Shown here: one piece after another, positions 1 to 12,373 of the stretch
How the letters are laid out: every line of letters starts with the position of its first letter
How positions within the stretch are numbered: position 1 is the stretch's first letter
Assembly: GCA_964016885.1 (NCBI GenBank)
Contig: OZ024740.1
Coordinates: 230,888,001-230,952,000 of the forward strand
Source: Eledone cirrhosa
Lineage: Eukaryota
Direction of reading: 5' to 3'
Length of the DNA stretch: 64,000 nt
Notes under the pieces: generated by a model
Database searches by the model: none
What the model saw: only the letters and a program-made list of their open reading frames with translations
Told to the model about the DNA's origin: nothing
Program-made: the position numbers and the translations under genes

Positions 1-227
1 ATCCTACAGCAAGAATTTTTTTTTATAGAAAAACAATGATAAATTTCATTAATGGTTCCTTACTACGCCAAAAGACCAGGGGAGAATATAACTGAATGAA
101 GTCCAATATTGGACAAGTATTTTATTGAAGAGTAAAGTAAACTCCTGTTAGTATTTAAACACTAAAACTAAGTACTGTAATAAGAGATTTTGTATTTTTG
201 CTTGGAGCATTGAGTATAGTATATAAA

Positions 228-360
228 ATGTTATTTGATGGCTACGACAATGTGAAACAGACGGTAAAATATTTATTCGACAAATAAATAAAATAACAGG
301 TAACACACTAACATCTTAATTTTTACCGTCTGTTTCACATTGTCATAGCCTTCAAATAAT
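228..360. repeat. Inverted repeat (~40-bp arms, ~50-bp spacer), probably a Penelope-like pseudo-LTR fold-back remnant
   Basis: ttatttgatggctacgacaatgtgaaacagacggtaaaa mirrored by ttttaccgtctgtttcacattgtcatagccttcaaataa; degenerate hammerhead-like TGATG...GAAAC...GGTA in the arm. Confidence 0.6.
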
Positions 361-377
361 ATAACTACTTTAAAGAG

Positions 378-610
378 AAGAGGGCATCCCAAGATGAACT
401 GGTGGCAGATAATCGACAGAGACCTGATAACTGTCAACAAAAATTGGAACAATATATTGATAGATGCAGCTGACTGTGGTCATTGGAGCACTTTGGCTGC
501 CTCATGTATCTTAAAGCGCGGGTGTATTGATAGATGCAATTGACCGTGGTCATTAGAGCACTTTGGCTGCCTCATGTGTCTCAAGACGTGGGAGCTTCTA
601 AGTTTAAGTA
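378..610 (+). mobile_element. 3' end of an RTE-type LINE with a ~69-bp internal tandem duplication
   Basis: Reads GHPKMNWWQIIDRDL...DAADCGHWSTLAASC; tattgatagatgca...cactttggctgcctcatgt occurs twice; taag-like tail. Confidence 0.55.
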
Positions 611-619
611 ATGTGTTTA

Positions 620-1130
620 GTTCAGACCTCCACTGCCAAGACCAGTTTTCAAGCCCTGATATCTAATATCAAGAAGAATATGTTGAACCTTTGTCAGTTC
701 TTTTGATGAGTGTTCTAGTTGTTTAATCAATGGAACAACCTTAATGTGTAAGTGGTTGAGACATCCACAGACATGTGTACAATTAGTTTTCCCCAACTGA
801 GTGGACTGGACTAATATGAAATAAAGTGTCTTGCTCAAAGACACAACATGCAACCAGGATTCAAATTCAAGACCTTAAGATCATGAGCTGGACACCCTAA
901 CCACTAAGCCGTGTGGCTTCAGAAGAAGTATGTAAATGCAAATGTATGTATGGTCACGTTACTCCTAAGGAAATCGTAGAGGGCACCATATTGACATACA
1001 GCATTTCTAGGGTATTTTTAAAAGAGAGTGAGAAAGAGATATAGAGGAAGAATCGACCCCAGTACAAGACTGGTACTTTTTTTTTATGAACTTTGGCGGG
1101 ATTTGAACTCAGAGAACAGAGAGCCAAAAC
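620..1130 (-). mobile_element. Two adjacent tRNA-derived SINE copies (CORE-like ~620-920; Meta-domain-like ~950-1130)
   Basis: gaaataaagtgtcttgctcaa...ccctaaccactaagcc and ggcgggatttgaactcag motifs recur throughout the window. Confidence 0.65.
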
Positions 1131-1321
1131 AAATACAAATATAGATATACATACCTCATTTTTGGAAATCAGCATACTAATAGTGGGATCAATAGAATCA
1201 GATTCATTTGACACATCTTCCAAACATTTTTCACAAATGCTATCTCTGTGAGAAAAAGAAAAAAAAACAAAAAAACTTTACAGGATATGTTCTTCGATAT
1301 ATGATCCCATTGCTTTCATAT

Positions 1322-1600
1322 TTAACCCTTTTGACTCCAAATTTGCCTGAAACTAGCCATCATTTTTATATTAAATTGTTTATATTTATCTAAATATATT
1401 TATATTTATCACAAAACAAAACTGTATTTAAAGTACTTATATTCATCTAAAAAAGTATTATATTTTATGTATTAAGTTGTTTCAAACAGCAGCTTAATAA
1501 TGGGAAAATTATATTACTAAATCCCCTTCAAATTTTTGATTATTTTCAAAATTACTTGAAAATTATAGGCAGTGTATTTCATTAGAAATATGATAACAAA
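1322..1600. mobile_element. piggyBac-like MITE (TTAA-flanked, CCC...GG termini); related copies near 12015-12252, 22279-22564, 10790-10932
   Basis: Termini ttaacccttttga...caaa and atatggtaa...ggttaa; shared AT-rich internal sequence between copies. Confidence 0.5.
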
Positions 1601-2670
1601 AGAGATAACAAGGGATAAAGATAGTCTGCCTCAAATTGATCCAACAGAGGGACCAGCTGTGCAGGTTAATGGTAGTATAGTAAGTAAGGCAATCAAAGAT
1701 ATGAAGACAGGCAAGGCAGCTGGGCCTTCGGAGATAGTTGCTGAAATGTTGAAAGCATCTGGAATGGTGAGACATACTACAGTCACCCAGATAGTAAACC
1801 AAGAAATACAGAATGGGGTCATACCAAATGACTGGCGTAGCAGCATCATCATCAACTGCTACAAGGGCAAAGGAGACGCCCTAGATAGAGGAAACTACAG
1901 AGGCATTAAGTTAGTTGACCAGGGCATGAAGGTTACAGAAAAAGTTATTGCACAACTGATTAGAGACCAAATTGATCTAAATGAAATGCAGTTTGGGTTT
2001 GTACCATGTAATAGTACCATAGATGCTCTCTTCCTTGTATGGCAACTACAGGAGAAGAACTTAGCTAAAAGTAAACCCCTCTACTTAGCTTTTGTTGACT
2101 TGGAGAAAGCCTTTGACAGAGTCCTTCGCACCATTATCTGGTGGGCTCTTAGAAAACTAGGAGTAGATGAGTGGCTTGTGAGAGCTATACAAGCCATGTA
2201 TAAAGAAACAATCAGCAAGGTTAGAATTAACAATGAATATAGTGAAGAATTTAGCATAAAAGTAGGTGTTCACCAAGGCTCCTTCCTCCTGTTTATTATT
2301 GCCCTACAGACTATATCAGAAGAGTTTAAGACTGGCTGCCCATGGGAACTTCTATATGCAGATGATCTAACTCTCATAGCTGAATCTATGACTGAACTTG
2401 AGAAAAAATTCCAAACATGGAAGAATCAAAAGGCTTTAAAGTTAACTTGTCTAAGACTAAAGTTCTAGTATGTAGAAAGGAGAATAGGGTACATGTGCCT
2501 CTGGGAAATGGCCATGCTCAGTGTGTAAGAAAGGTGTAGGTAGAAATTCCATTCTATGCCCCAAATGCAAACTATGGGTACATGAAACATGTAGTGGGAT
2601 CACAGGCAAGCTATCTAAGAATGTAGATTTTATATGTGGCCAATGCTCAGGTGCAGTAAGTAGCGAGTGC
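1590..2670 (+). mobile_element. RTE-clade LINE ORF2 fragment (RT plus Cys/His finger), frameshifted
   Basis: KGKGDALDRGNYRGIKL, QFGFVP, AFVDLEKAFDRV, GVHQG, LLYADDL; then CKKGVGRNSILCPKCKLWVHETCSG. Confidence 0.93.
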
Positions 2671-2974
2671 CCACTGGCTACTACCTTATTTAAACAACTA
2701 CTATTATAGTAGCTGCGTTGTGGTAACTATGTTTTCAAATTTCCAAATGCTGTGAAGTTCAACTGAATATGTGTGCGCATGTGTGTATAACAGAAAAACC
2801 AAGGGAAAAACAATCAGTCCCTTCTCACCAGTCAACTTCTGGAAAATCATGATGTACATAGCGTTCCTAAATCGTTACCAAGACTACCTAACAGTTTGTC
2901 TTTTTATTTTCGTTTATTTTACTTGGACTACCTTTTATTTTCTGTATCTATCCTTTGTGACCCTGTCTCTATTT

Positions 2975-3070
2975 TTGTACTCCTGAAGAAGGGCTAAAGC
3001 CCGATACGTCAAACTTTCTTTCCCCTTTTCATATAATGCGTGAAACTAATAAGACTTTTAGTACCTGTTT
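2975..3070 (+). ncRNA. Degenerate Penelope-type minimal hammerhead ribozyme in a pseudo-LTR remnant
   Basis: CTGAAGA(2983)-A-GGGC-TAAA-GCCC-GATA(for GAAA)-CG-TC; core mutated and helix I not evident. Confidence 0.55.
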
Positions 3071-3073
3071 TGT

Positions 3074-3658
3074 TGATGGCTGCCCTCTCATTGTCGAGTA
3101 TGGCCATTGCACGATATACCATTATTAATAATTATCAATTAATTCTATTGTGCAATGCCTGTGCGTGAAGATTATTTTTAAAGTGAGGAAAGACTGTGCA
3201 ATGAACGAATCCCACTCTCTGAGCAACAGTAGCTGTAACCCGAAAAGAAGAAAAGATCAACATCATTGTTAACTACTGAACAGCAGGTTTTATGTCAGAG
3301 TTATCCCAGTTTCCCGAGTTGCCTTCTAGAAGAATGCCCCGACAAAGGCTAGGGGTCCTTCAATCCCAGCAGTTTAACCGCGTGATCAGGTATCCAGCCC
3401 GATTATTTCTATGTCCCCGTGCATTTACATACGCCTGCATACATGTATATACATATTTACACATTTTTGGATGGCCGTTGACTCTTATGAGTTCTTCCGC
3501 CCTTAGTCAGGTTTTGTTTTTTGTCTTGCAGAGTGTCCAAAACCCCCCATCTCACCAAATAAACTTGGTGGGGTTGCCAGTTTAGTCGCCGATGAACTGA
3601 CCATGCGACAGGTTGCACTGGGTTAGATGTTACCAGTAGCACTCGAGAGTGACTCGAC
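3074..3658 (-). mobile_element. ~580-bp non-autonomous RTE-derived element (5'UTR-like head plus 3' tail); copies 14161-14740, 26501-26798 (partial), 63887-63940 (+, tail only), related 10294-10790
   Basis: Closely similar copies with shared ends; 3' end caatggccatactcgataacgagggggcagccatca (stem-loop plus ATC tail); no long coding ORF. Confidence 0.7.
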
Positions 3659-4090
3659 ATAATATATATCATCATCATCATTTAACGTCCATCTTCCACG
3701 CTAGCATGGGTTAGACGGTTTTGTTCCATTTGATGCGGGAATGGTCGAGAGACCGTGTCTCTGGCAGGTTTTCTACAGCTGGAAGTCCCTCCTAACACCA
3801 ATCACCTTTACAGTGTGGACTGGGAGCCTTTTTACCATGTCTCCTACACGGCCACCTTACAGTGTGGACTGGGTGCTTTTTGTTGTGTCATCGACACGGT
3901 GGACGGAAATGGGAGGATGGGATAGGGTGTGTGGGTTAGGAGGTGTCTACTGACGGTAGGTTTGTATACACACATACAATTATAATGATCCAGGCATTTA
4001 GATTTCCTCTAGCCTCACTGCAATCCACTCACTCAATGAATTTACAAAAATCGCACATTGTAAATATGAATCTGTAAGTCATATATATAT

Positions 4091-4375
4091 ATAGTATAAG
4101 AATAAAGGAACAAAGAGTCAGTGCTGCACCATAACATATTTAATAACATATTACATATGTTTCACTGTCGATCAGCTCGAGGAACAATATATTATTGATA
4201 GTATGTAATCTCGTCTCAGAGACGAGATTACATACTGAGGATCTTTTGATTCCAGAGTCAGGTTCGATCAATAATAGATCGTTCCTTGAGCTGATTGACA
4301 GTGAAACATATGTAATATGTTATTAAATATGCTATGATACAACACTGACTCTTTGTTCCTTTATTCTTATACTAT
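4091..4375. repeat. Fold-back palindrome centred at 4218 with a hammerhead-like core in the right arm
   Basis: Arms tagtataagaataaaggaacaaagagtcagtg... / ...cactgactctttgttcctttattcttatacta; CTGAGGA(4235)...GAAA-CATATG-TA(4314). Confidence 0.8.
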
Positions 4376-4597
4376 TATACTCTGCTCTGCACGAGCATTG
4401 AGTGGTCACCCGGCATACCACCTACGGATGCAATTTTTTTGCACCTATACACCTATAAGTATATATATATATACACACACACAAACGTACAATCCACAAA
4501 CATCATTGTTAGTGAATATTACATATTTCATCCATATAACAAACATTTATATATTAGTGACTATAAAAATCTACCTTGATTTCAAGTGAAAAATGAC

Positions 4598-4765
4598 CTC
4601 TCTATAAAGTGGCAGTGCTGGTGCCATTATAGAATGCACCCACGCCCTCTGTAAAGTGGAAGTGCTGGTCCCTTGATAAAATACCCCCCACCCCTGTAAA
4701 GTGGTAGTGCTAGTGCCATGATAAAATGCACCCAGACACTCTGTAAAGTGGTAGTGCTGATGCTA
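4598..4765 (+). repeat. ~48-bp tandem repeat (3-4 units) of a SINE/RTE body segment
   Basis: ctctgtaaagtggtagtgctggtgcc...aaaatgcaccca reiterated. Confidence 0.7.
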
Positions 4766-5344
4766 CAACAAATTACAGACACAACTCATTTTGCCTACTA
4801 AGTGAACTAGAGAAAATTGAAATAGTGTCTTGTTCAAAGCACAATACACTCCTAGGGATTTACTAAAATTATTTAACGATGGTAGTTAAAAAAAATATGT
4901 TAAATTCAAACAGGAGCCCTTTAAAATGGATGGTATTGTTTCACAGAAACAGGTGGTTATGACAGGATGTATTTGAAAGTTTTTGGCTGCTGCTTCTAAC
5001 ATAGGGCTTCCCTCACTGTTTTTTTTTTAACCATCTATTCTTTTAAGTTGGCACATGTTAGGAAGATGAATCTGCTTTAGCAAATTTGACATCACTCCAA
5101 ATGTTTATTAGTTAAGTCAACCTTAGTGATATAATCTACAGCATTGATGTAATTAAAGCAAAAGGTTTTATGGCCAGGTGCCTCTTACTGCGCCAACCAT
5201 TTTCAAACTCTCTTCATTGATGTCAATAGGTATTATATCCTTGTATGTCTAATTAATATTACTTATTTGAAAAGCAAATAACTTATTTAAAAAGGTAATA
5301 ATACAATTTCTCATTTGATTAGTTACTAACTGAGGATTCATTCT

Positions 5345-5960
5345 TCATAGAAACAGTAGATAGCTTCTGCTACTTAGGTGACCGAATTAGCAGTGGTGGT
5401 GGGTGTTCTGAAAGTACAGTAGCCAGAGTGGAAGCAGGATGGAGTAAGTTCAGGGGGCTACTACCATTGCTGGCTACAAAAGGCTTCTCCCTCAGAATGA
5501 AAGGCAGACTACATGATGCGTGCATACGTACAGCTATGTTACGTGGTAGTGAGACTTTGGCGCTGTGTGCAGAAGACTTGCGTAGATTGGAAAGAAATGA
5601 AGCTTGCATGTTCTGATAGATGTGTAATAATATGCGAGAACGGCGAAGTATAAATGAACTGAGAGAGAAACTAGGCATAAGAGGAATCAAATGCTGTATG
5701 TCTGCGTATGTATATATATATGTCACTGGACCAAGATCTTTGGAGCTACGCAGTATTACAGAAGACCCGCCTTGCCTAAGTACAAAGCGAAACCTAGTCA
5801 GTAGGCACCTCTTAACCAAAATACGCCCCCGTCCCACTACCCCCACCCTTTCGATGTAAAGTTATGTTGGTACCACGACATCCAGTCCTAAATAAATGAG
5901 GTCGTGTAGGTGTCACGACAAAAAAACACACAGTCCACACTGTAATGTGGCCGTGTAGGT
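5345..5960 (+). mobile_element. RTE LINE C-terminal fragment and 3' UTR, with internal deletion
   Basis: YLGDRISSGGGCSE...GWSKFRGLLPLL...MLRGSETLALCAEDLRRLERNE; tail shared with 20430-20660. Confidence 0.85.
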
Positions 5961-5969
5961 ATATATATA

Positions 5970-6950
5970 TCATCATCATTTTACGTCCGCTTTTCCCTGC
6001 TTGCAAGGGTGGGACGGGAACTGATTCTGGCTTGATTTCTACAGCTGGATGCCCTTCCTAATTCCTAACACCAACCTCATTTACAGTGAGTGCTGGGTGC
6101 TTTTTTGCCGTGGCACCTCCACGACCACTTTGCAGTGGAATGATATGGACCCCAGTCCCTATCATCTCACTTCTACAGCTGAGTAAACTGGAGCAATGTG
6201 AAATAAAGTGTCTTGCTCAAGGAAACAACACATCACCCGGTCTGAGAATTGAACTCACAACCTTTCGATTGCAAGGCCAATGCTCTAACCACTAAGTAAA
6301 AATCTTCCAGTCCACACTAAATGTGGTTGGTGTTAGGAAGAGCATCCAGCCGTAGAAAACCCGCCAGACAGTCCTGAGCAAGACAATCAATCTTGCCTCA
6401 AGTGCGACAATTCCCGTCCAGACCCATGCTAGCGTGGAAGATGGACGTTAAACGATGATGATATATATATATATATATATACACACATACATAAATATAT
6501 ACATACACATATATATAAAATCATACATATACATATAAATATACATACATATATATACATACACACACATATGTATATATATATATATACGTACATATAT
6601 ATATGCACACACATCATCATCATCATTTTTACATCCGCTTTTCCCTGCTTGCAAGGGTGGGACGGGAACTGATTCTGGCTTGATTTCTACAGCTGGATGC
6701 TCTTCTTAGCACCAACCTCATTTACAGTGAGTGCTGGGTGCTTTTTTTGCCGTGGCACCTCAATGACCACTTTGCAGTGGAATGATAGGGACCCCAGTCC
6801 CTATCATCTCATTTCTACAGCTGAGTAAACTGGAACAATGTGAAATAAAGTGTCTTGCTCAAAAACAACACATCACCCGGTCTGAGAATTGAACTTACAA
6901 CCTTTCGATTGCAAGGCCAATGCTCTAACCACTAAACCATGTGCCTCCAC
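5970..6950 (-). mobile_element. Two closely similar CORE-like SINEs with RTE-type (ATC)n tails (5970-6295, 6613-6950); third copy 59255-59570 (+)
   Basis: ~320-bp near-identical units with tRNA-like head (ggtttagtggttagagcattgg...gttcaattctc). Confidence 0.8.
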
Positions 6951-7149
6951 ACATATATATGTAGACATCTCAAAATATGGGTTAGATGGCTTGTCCTGTC
7001 AGGTGACCGTGTCTTGCTCATACAGGACTGATTTTTGGCTTGGTTTCTAGAACTGGACGCCCTTCCTAACACCAACCTCATCTACAGTACTGGGTGCTTT
7101 TTGTCGGGACACCTTTATGACCACTTTACAGCAGGAGGCGCATGGGGCA

Positions 7150-8530
7150 TATTGTCTATATGCTTCAGCTTCGGCTTGTACCTGTGAGAACTCGGGTCTT
7201 CTGCATTACTGTGTAATGTGAAAGGTCTTGGTCCTGTCATCGCCTTTTGAGCGGTACAATCGAGCAAGGTCAGCTTTTATCACTTCATCCCTGGTCTTCT
7301 TGGGTCTCCCCCACTCTAAGGCTTCCATCGACTTTTAGTGCTCTGCACCTTTTTATGCAATAGTCATCCTTTATACGCATCACATTTGATTCTTCTTATG
7401 CTCAGTCTCTCTCTTAATTCGTTTATGCTTTGCCATTTGCGTATATTACTATTACACATCCATTGGAGCATGCAAGCTTCATTTCTTTCTAATCTACGCA
7501 AGTCTTCTGCACACAACACTCAGGTCTCACTACCATGTAACATTGTTGTTCGTATGTATGCATCATAGTCTGCCTTTCATTTTGAGGGAAAAGCCTTTTG
7601 TAGCTAGCAGTGGTAGTAGCTCCCTGAACTTCTTCCATCCCGTTCTTACCCTAGTTACTGCACTTTCAGAACACCCTCCTCCAGTTAATTTGATCTCCTA
7701 GATAGCAGAAGCTGTCTACTGTTTCTATAGAGCCCTCCCAGAATTTGGTAGTTGTTGTTTCCTGCTTACTGTCCCAGTACAACTGCTACATGTAAAGCCT
7801 ACATTCTTCCTGAGATCCCACTACATCTCTTGTGTACCCATAGTTTGCATTTGGGGCACAAGATGAAATTTCTACTTACACCTTTTCTGCATACTGAGCA
7901 AGGCCATTTCCCTGAGGAGATATGAGTTGTTTTCCCGTCTACTTACAAGGACCTTAGTCTTTGTCAGGTTGACTTTGAGAACCCTTCTTTCTAGTCCCTG
8001 CTTCCATGTTTGGAATTTCTTCTCTAGTTCCACTATAGATTCAGCTATAAGTGTAAGGCGTACAGAAGTTCCCATGGGCATCCACTCTTAAACTCCTGTA
8101 TTATAGCCTGCAGTACTATCTTCCTTGACACATTGTCTCGCAATGGTGCTTTTGTCTAGCACAAACCCAAACCGTATCTCAACTAGATTTACCTGGTCCT
8201 AATCAGCTGAGCTCTTTCCGTTACTTTCATGACCTGGTCCATCAGCTTTATACCTCAATAGTTTCCTCTATCTAGTGCATCTCCTTTACCCTTGTAGCAG
8301 TTGACAATGATGCTTCTGCACCAATCCTTTGGTATGACACTCTCTAGTATTACTTAGTTAACAATATGTGTGGTTATGGTGTGACCTACCCACCCAGATA
8401 CTTTCACCATCTCGGCAGCTATACTCGATGGACCGGTTGCCTTCCCTATCTTCATATCTTTAATTGCCTTACTTACTACACTACTGCTGACTTGTATTGT
8501 TGGGCCTTCTATAGGATCCACTTGGGGCAG
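7150..8530 (-). mobile_element. Decayed RTE LINE ORF2 (RT to C-terminus)
   Basis: Reverse strand matches 1590-2670 and 19440-20490 (LTLIAES..ELEKKFQTWKQGLE; NCYKGKGDALDRGNY). Confidence 0.88.
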
Positions 8531-8539
8531 CGTCTCTTT

Positions 8540-9235
8540 CTCCTTTACAGAGAAAGGGGTAGTGTTGATGGGGGTGGGGGTAGGGGTAGTGGGATGAGGG
8601 GGTATTTTTGGTTAAGAGGTGCCTACTAACTGTAGGTTTCGCTTTGTACTTAGGCAAGGCGGGTCTTCTGTATTACTGCGTAGTGCCAAAGATCTCGGTC
8701 CAGTGACATTGTCTTGGAGAGGTGTAAGTGTGTAAGGTCGGAATTTATCAAATCGTCCCAGGTTTTTCTGGGTCTGCCTACTCCGATACCATTACATGTA
8801 AAATGATGGTGATATATATGTATATACATCACCATCATTTTACATCCGGCCACTTTTTCCTGTTTGCAAGGGTGGGATGGGTCCTTTTCAGCACAGCATC
8901 TCTCTATTTGTCACGGTCCTTCGTCATCTCCTCTGTGAACTTCAGTGATCTGAGGTCAGCTCTCACACCTCTGCTCATGATTTTCATGGTCTTTTCTACC
9001 ACTGGGATTTCTTGGCACTTCTTTACCCAGCAGTCATCCTCCATACCCATCACATGTCCATACCAGCGCAGTCTTCTCTCCCTCACACTACCGTTTATCC
9101 CTATTACACAGTTTCTCTCTCAACTCAACTATGTTTGGTTGTTCATGCACATTGACATTGCACATCCAAAGGAACAGGCTTGCTTCATTTCTCTCCAGCT
9201 GTTGCATATCTGCCAGTCACTGCCCATGTCTCACT
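8540..9235 (-). mobile_element. Two tandem RTE 3' fragments of different subfamilies
   Basis: GRPRKTWDDLINSDL (8650-8800) and ERRLRWYGHVMGMEDDCWVKKC (8830-9235). Confidence 0.85.
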
Positions 9236-9285
9236 ATATATATATACACATATACATACATAGATATACATATATATTTATACGT

Positions 9286-9332
<47 letters not shown>

Positions 9333-9789
9333 CACACATTCCATGCTAGCGTGGAAGATGGACGTTAAACGAAGATGATGATATATACATATACACATAT
9401 ATATAAGGAGCGATCGACTTTTGTTAAATCAGACTGAGGAAACAATGTTTCCATCGGCCTTTCCAATTGCTAATACTATCTATCGGTCGCAACTCCAGGT
9501 AGAAGGAGCAACGTGAAATAGAGTGTCTTGCTCAAGGACATAGCGCATTTTCTGGTCTGGGAATCAAACTCACAACCTCATGATTGGAATCCAATTCTCT
9601 AACCACCCAGCCACACGCCTTCAATATGTATATATACACATCTATATATTTATACACACATATATATACTACACACCCATATATATATACTACACACGCA
9701 CACATATATACACTACATACACACATATATTCATATATGTATACACACACATACATATATACATAAACACAGATATATACATATACACA

Positions 9790-10080
9790 TAGATATATAA
9801 ACACATACACATATATATATACACTATATAATATATAAGATTATGTATACTCCAGTCCTACAAACTGTAGAGTGCTTCTTATCCGATATCTGCATAGATA
9901 TATATACACATATACATAGGTAAACACATACACATATATATACACACATATGCATACACATATATATATACACTATATAATATATAAGATTATGTATACT
10001 CCAGTCCTATAAACTGTAGAGTGCTTCTTATCCGATATCTGCATTGCTTTATTGTACTACAATAAAACTCACCTCCTACA
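9790..10080 (+). repeat. Local ~140-bp tandem duplication of an interspersed repeat also present at 38320-38460
   Basis: tactccagtcc..aaactgtagagtgcttcttatccgatatctgcat present three times. Confidence 0.7.
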
Positions 10081-10086
10081 TATATA

Positions 10087-10133
<47 letters not shown>

Positions 10134-11059
10134 TATGTAGAGAAAGGCTACGGAGAACATGAGCGGAGGTGGAAAGAGCAGACCTCAAATTACTGAAGCT
10201 CACAGAAGAGAACCCATCCTACCCTTGCAAGCAGGGAAAAGCAGACTTAAAACGAGGATGATGATGACATAAATATACACACACACACATATATGATGAT
10301 GGCTGCAACATGAATTCGAGTAATGTTTATAGCTTGATACTGAAGCATGAGCACCACAGACGTGGTGTTCTAGTCCTGCTAGGGACTTGCCTATATCCAG
10401 CAATACCATGCATCACAAAAAATGTCATATATGAAGCAATGCCTGTCCTTGAAGCTTAAAGTGAGGTAAGGCTTTGCACGGGGCCAATCCCACTGAACAT
10501 TGAATGCAAACAAAGTCGCAGGTTTTATATCAGTGACCTTCTCCACGAGAGAAGCCTTAAGACTTACAGTCTCTCGCTCCACGAAAAAAAAACCCTTTAT
10601 TATATTGCATGACCGTTGACTCTCCTGAGCTCCCTTGCCCTTTGACGTGTTTTGTCTTTCATCCCATGGGGTATACAAAGTCACTCCCCTCACCAAGCAA
10701 GCTTGGTGGGGTTGCCGGTTTAGTCGCTGACGATGATGCACAAGCTGTATTGGGTTACATGTTACCAGTAGCGTTGAAGAGTGACCTGATATATATCCAC
10801 AAGATTTTGATGTTATTTATTTTGAGAACAATACCTTAATGTCAGTATGAGTAGCCAATCACAGCTGGTTTGAACAGAAAGAGGTGAGAGAATTCTGGCC
10901 GGATACAGCTAGTTTAAATGGTAATGGGTTAAAAACACTTTAAAAAAAGTGGTTTTGTTCCATAGAACTAGAGCCAGCTTTGAGTTGGTTTGGCATTAAA
11001 AGGATTAAAATACATCTTTTCTAAATGCACCTGGCATATTTTATTTTCCAGTATTACTG

Positions 11060-11380
11060 AGGTGGTGAATTGGCAGAGTTGTTAGAACATTGGATGGAAT
11101 ACTTTGCGTTATTCGTTTCGGCTCCCTGCTCACTGACTCCAAATCCTGCCGAGGTCAACTTTACCTTTCATCCATTCAAGATCAATAAAAAAAGTACCAG
11201 TCTAGTAGTGGAGTAGATTCTTCCTCTATATATCTTTCTCACATTCTATCCTTCTCTGGAAGAAATCTGCTGTGTTCAGGCCTGGGGAGGACATGGGCTT
11301 CGCCAGGTTTAAAGATGCCCTCGAAATGCCATATGTTATACAGCAGTCCTACAACTCCCTCAGATGTTATGGGACCATAT
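11060..11380 (+). mobile_element. Meta-domain-like tRNA-derived SINE, long form; similar copies 24450-24720(-), 38595-38930(+), 47975-48280(+)
   Basis: ggtgaattggcagagttgttagaac...gccgaggtcaactttacctttcatccattc...aagtaccagtctagta. Confidence 0.75.
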
Positions 11381-11519
11381 ATACATTAGAGTTTATAAAA
11401 AAAAAATAATGAATTATCAAGAGAAATAAGTCTAACAACATATATGAAGAGGAATCACTGTTCAATGAATAATCTTTCATATTTTGCTTTCAATGCTGTG
11501 GCAAAGATAAGGGCCACTG

Positions 11520-11770
11520 CATACAGACCTGGACAGAATAAAATTTTAAAATAATAGGAATCACCAGCAAACTATCTTTTCCAGCCTGTGGCATACAAGA
11601 TGTTTGGGGAAGCTGGGCCACTATCAACAAGGTTCTTGTCATTGTTGACAGCTCACTTTACCTATGTATCAAGTAATGTCTACAACGGTACTTGGTTATT
11701 CCAGTGTCATAGCCGCATTATCGCTACGGCAATGTTGTGAGTGTGTTGGCTTGCCTAAAAAATTATAAGA
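11520..11770 (+). mobile_element. 3' end of a CRE-like (restriction-like endonuclease) non-LTR retrotransposon
   Basis: Degenerate YLFQPVA..FGEAGPLSTRFLS...WLFQ......GNV.SVLACLKNY; homologous to 51040-52050. Confidence 0.6.
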
Positions 11771-12342
11771 AAACTGCAGCACTTCTTATTGTGACAATTG
11801 AGTATGCATGTCTTCTTCCACTTCTTTTTTCTCTTTTATATAAACTGTTCATATTTTACTCAACAGAAACTGAGAAACTATATTTAACAAAAAGGTTTTG
11901 ATTATACGCAAGACTTCCTGTACAATAATAACCTTTACAAGAAACTCACACAATATCACAGAATAAATCAAATTGGGTTCTGAGAAAAAATTCTAGGGTT
12001 CCACAAAATGTTGTTTAATCCTTTTGATACCAAATTGCCTTTGGTTCTTTGACACAAAACTGTGTTTTAATGTGTTTATATTTATATTTAGAATTCCTAC
12101 CATAATTCTGCATCAAAATTTTTATTAAGTTGTGTTCAAAACATCTTAATAATTGTTTCTACTAAATCCCACCAAATTATTGATTACTTTCAAAATTATT
12201 TGAAAAGCATAGGCAGTGTCATTTATTAGGAATATGGTAATGAAATGGTTAATAAAATTTTATTAAACATTATCATGAGTTTTTAAAAATAATTTTAACT
12301 TCATCTAACTCTTTTGACACCCAACCACTCTGGATTTATGGA

Positions 12343-12373
<31 letters not shown>

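Noticed and set aside
10391-10741. 116-aa ORF
   Set aside because: It lies within the non-autonomous RTE-derived repeat, has no domain signature and is not conserved in sister copies
11662-11754. Exon-like segment on the minus strand (tttttag...AG/gtaaag)
   Set aside because: Stops in all three frames; it is the antisense of a CRE-like LINE fragment
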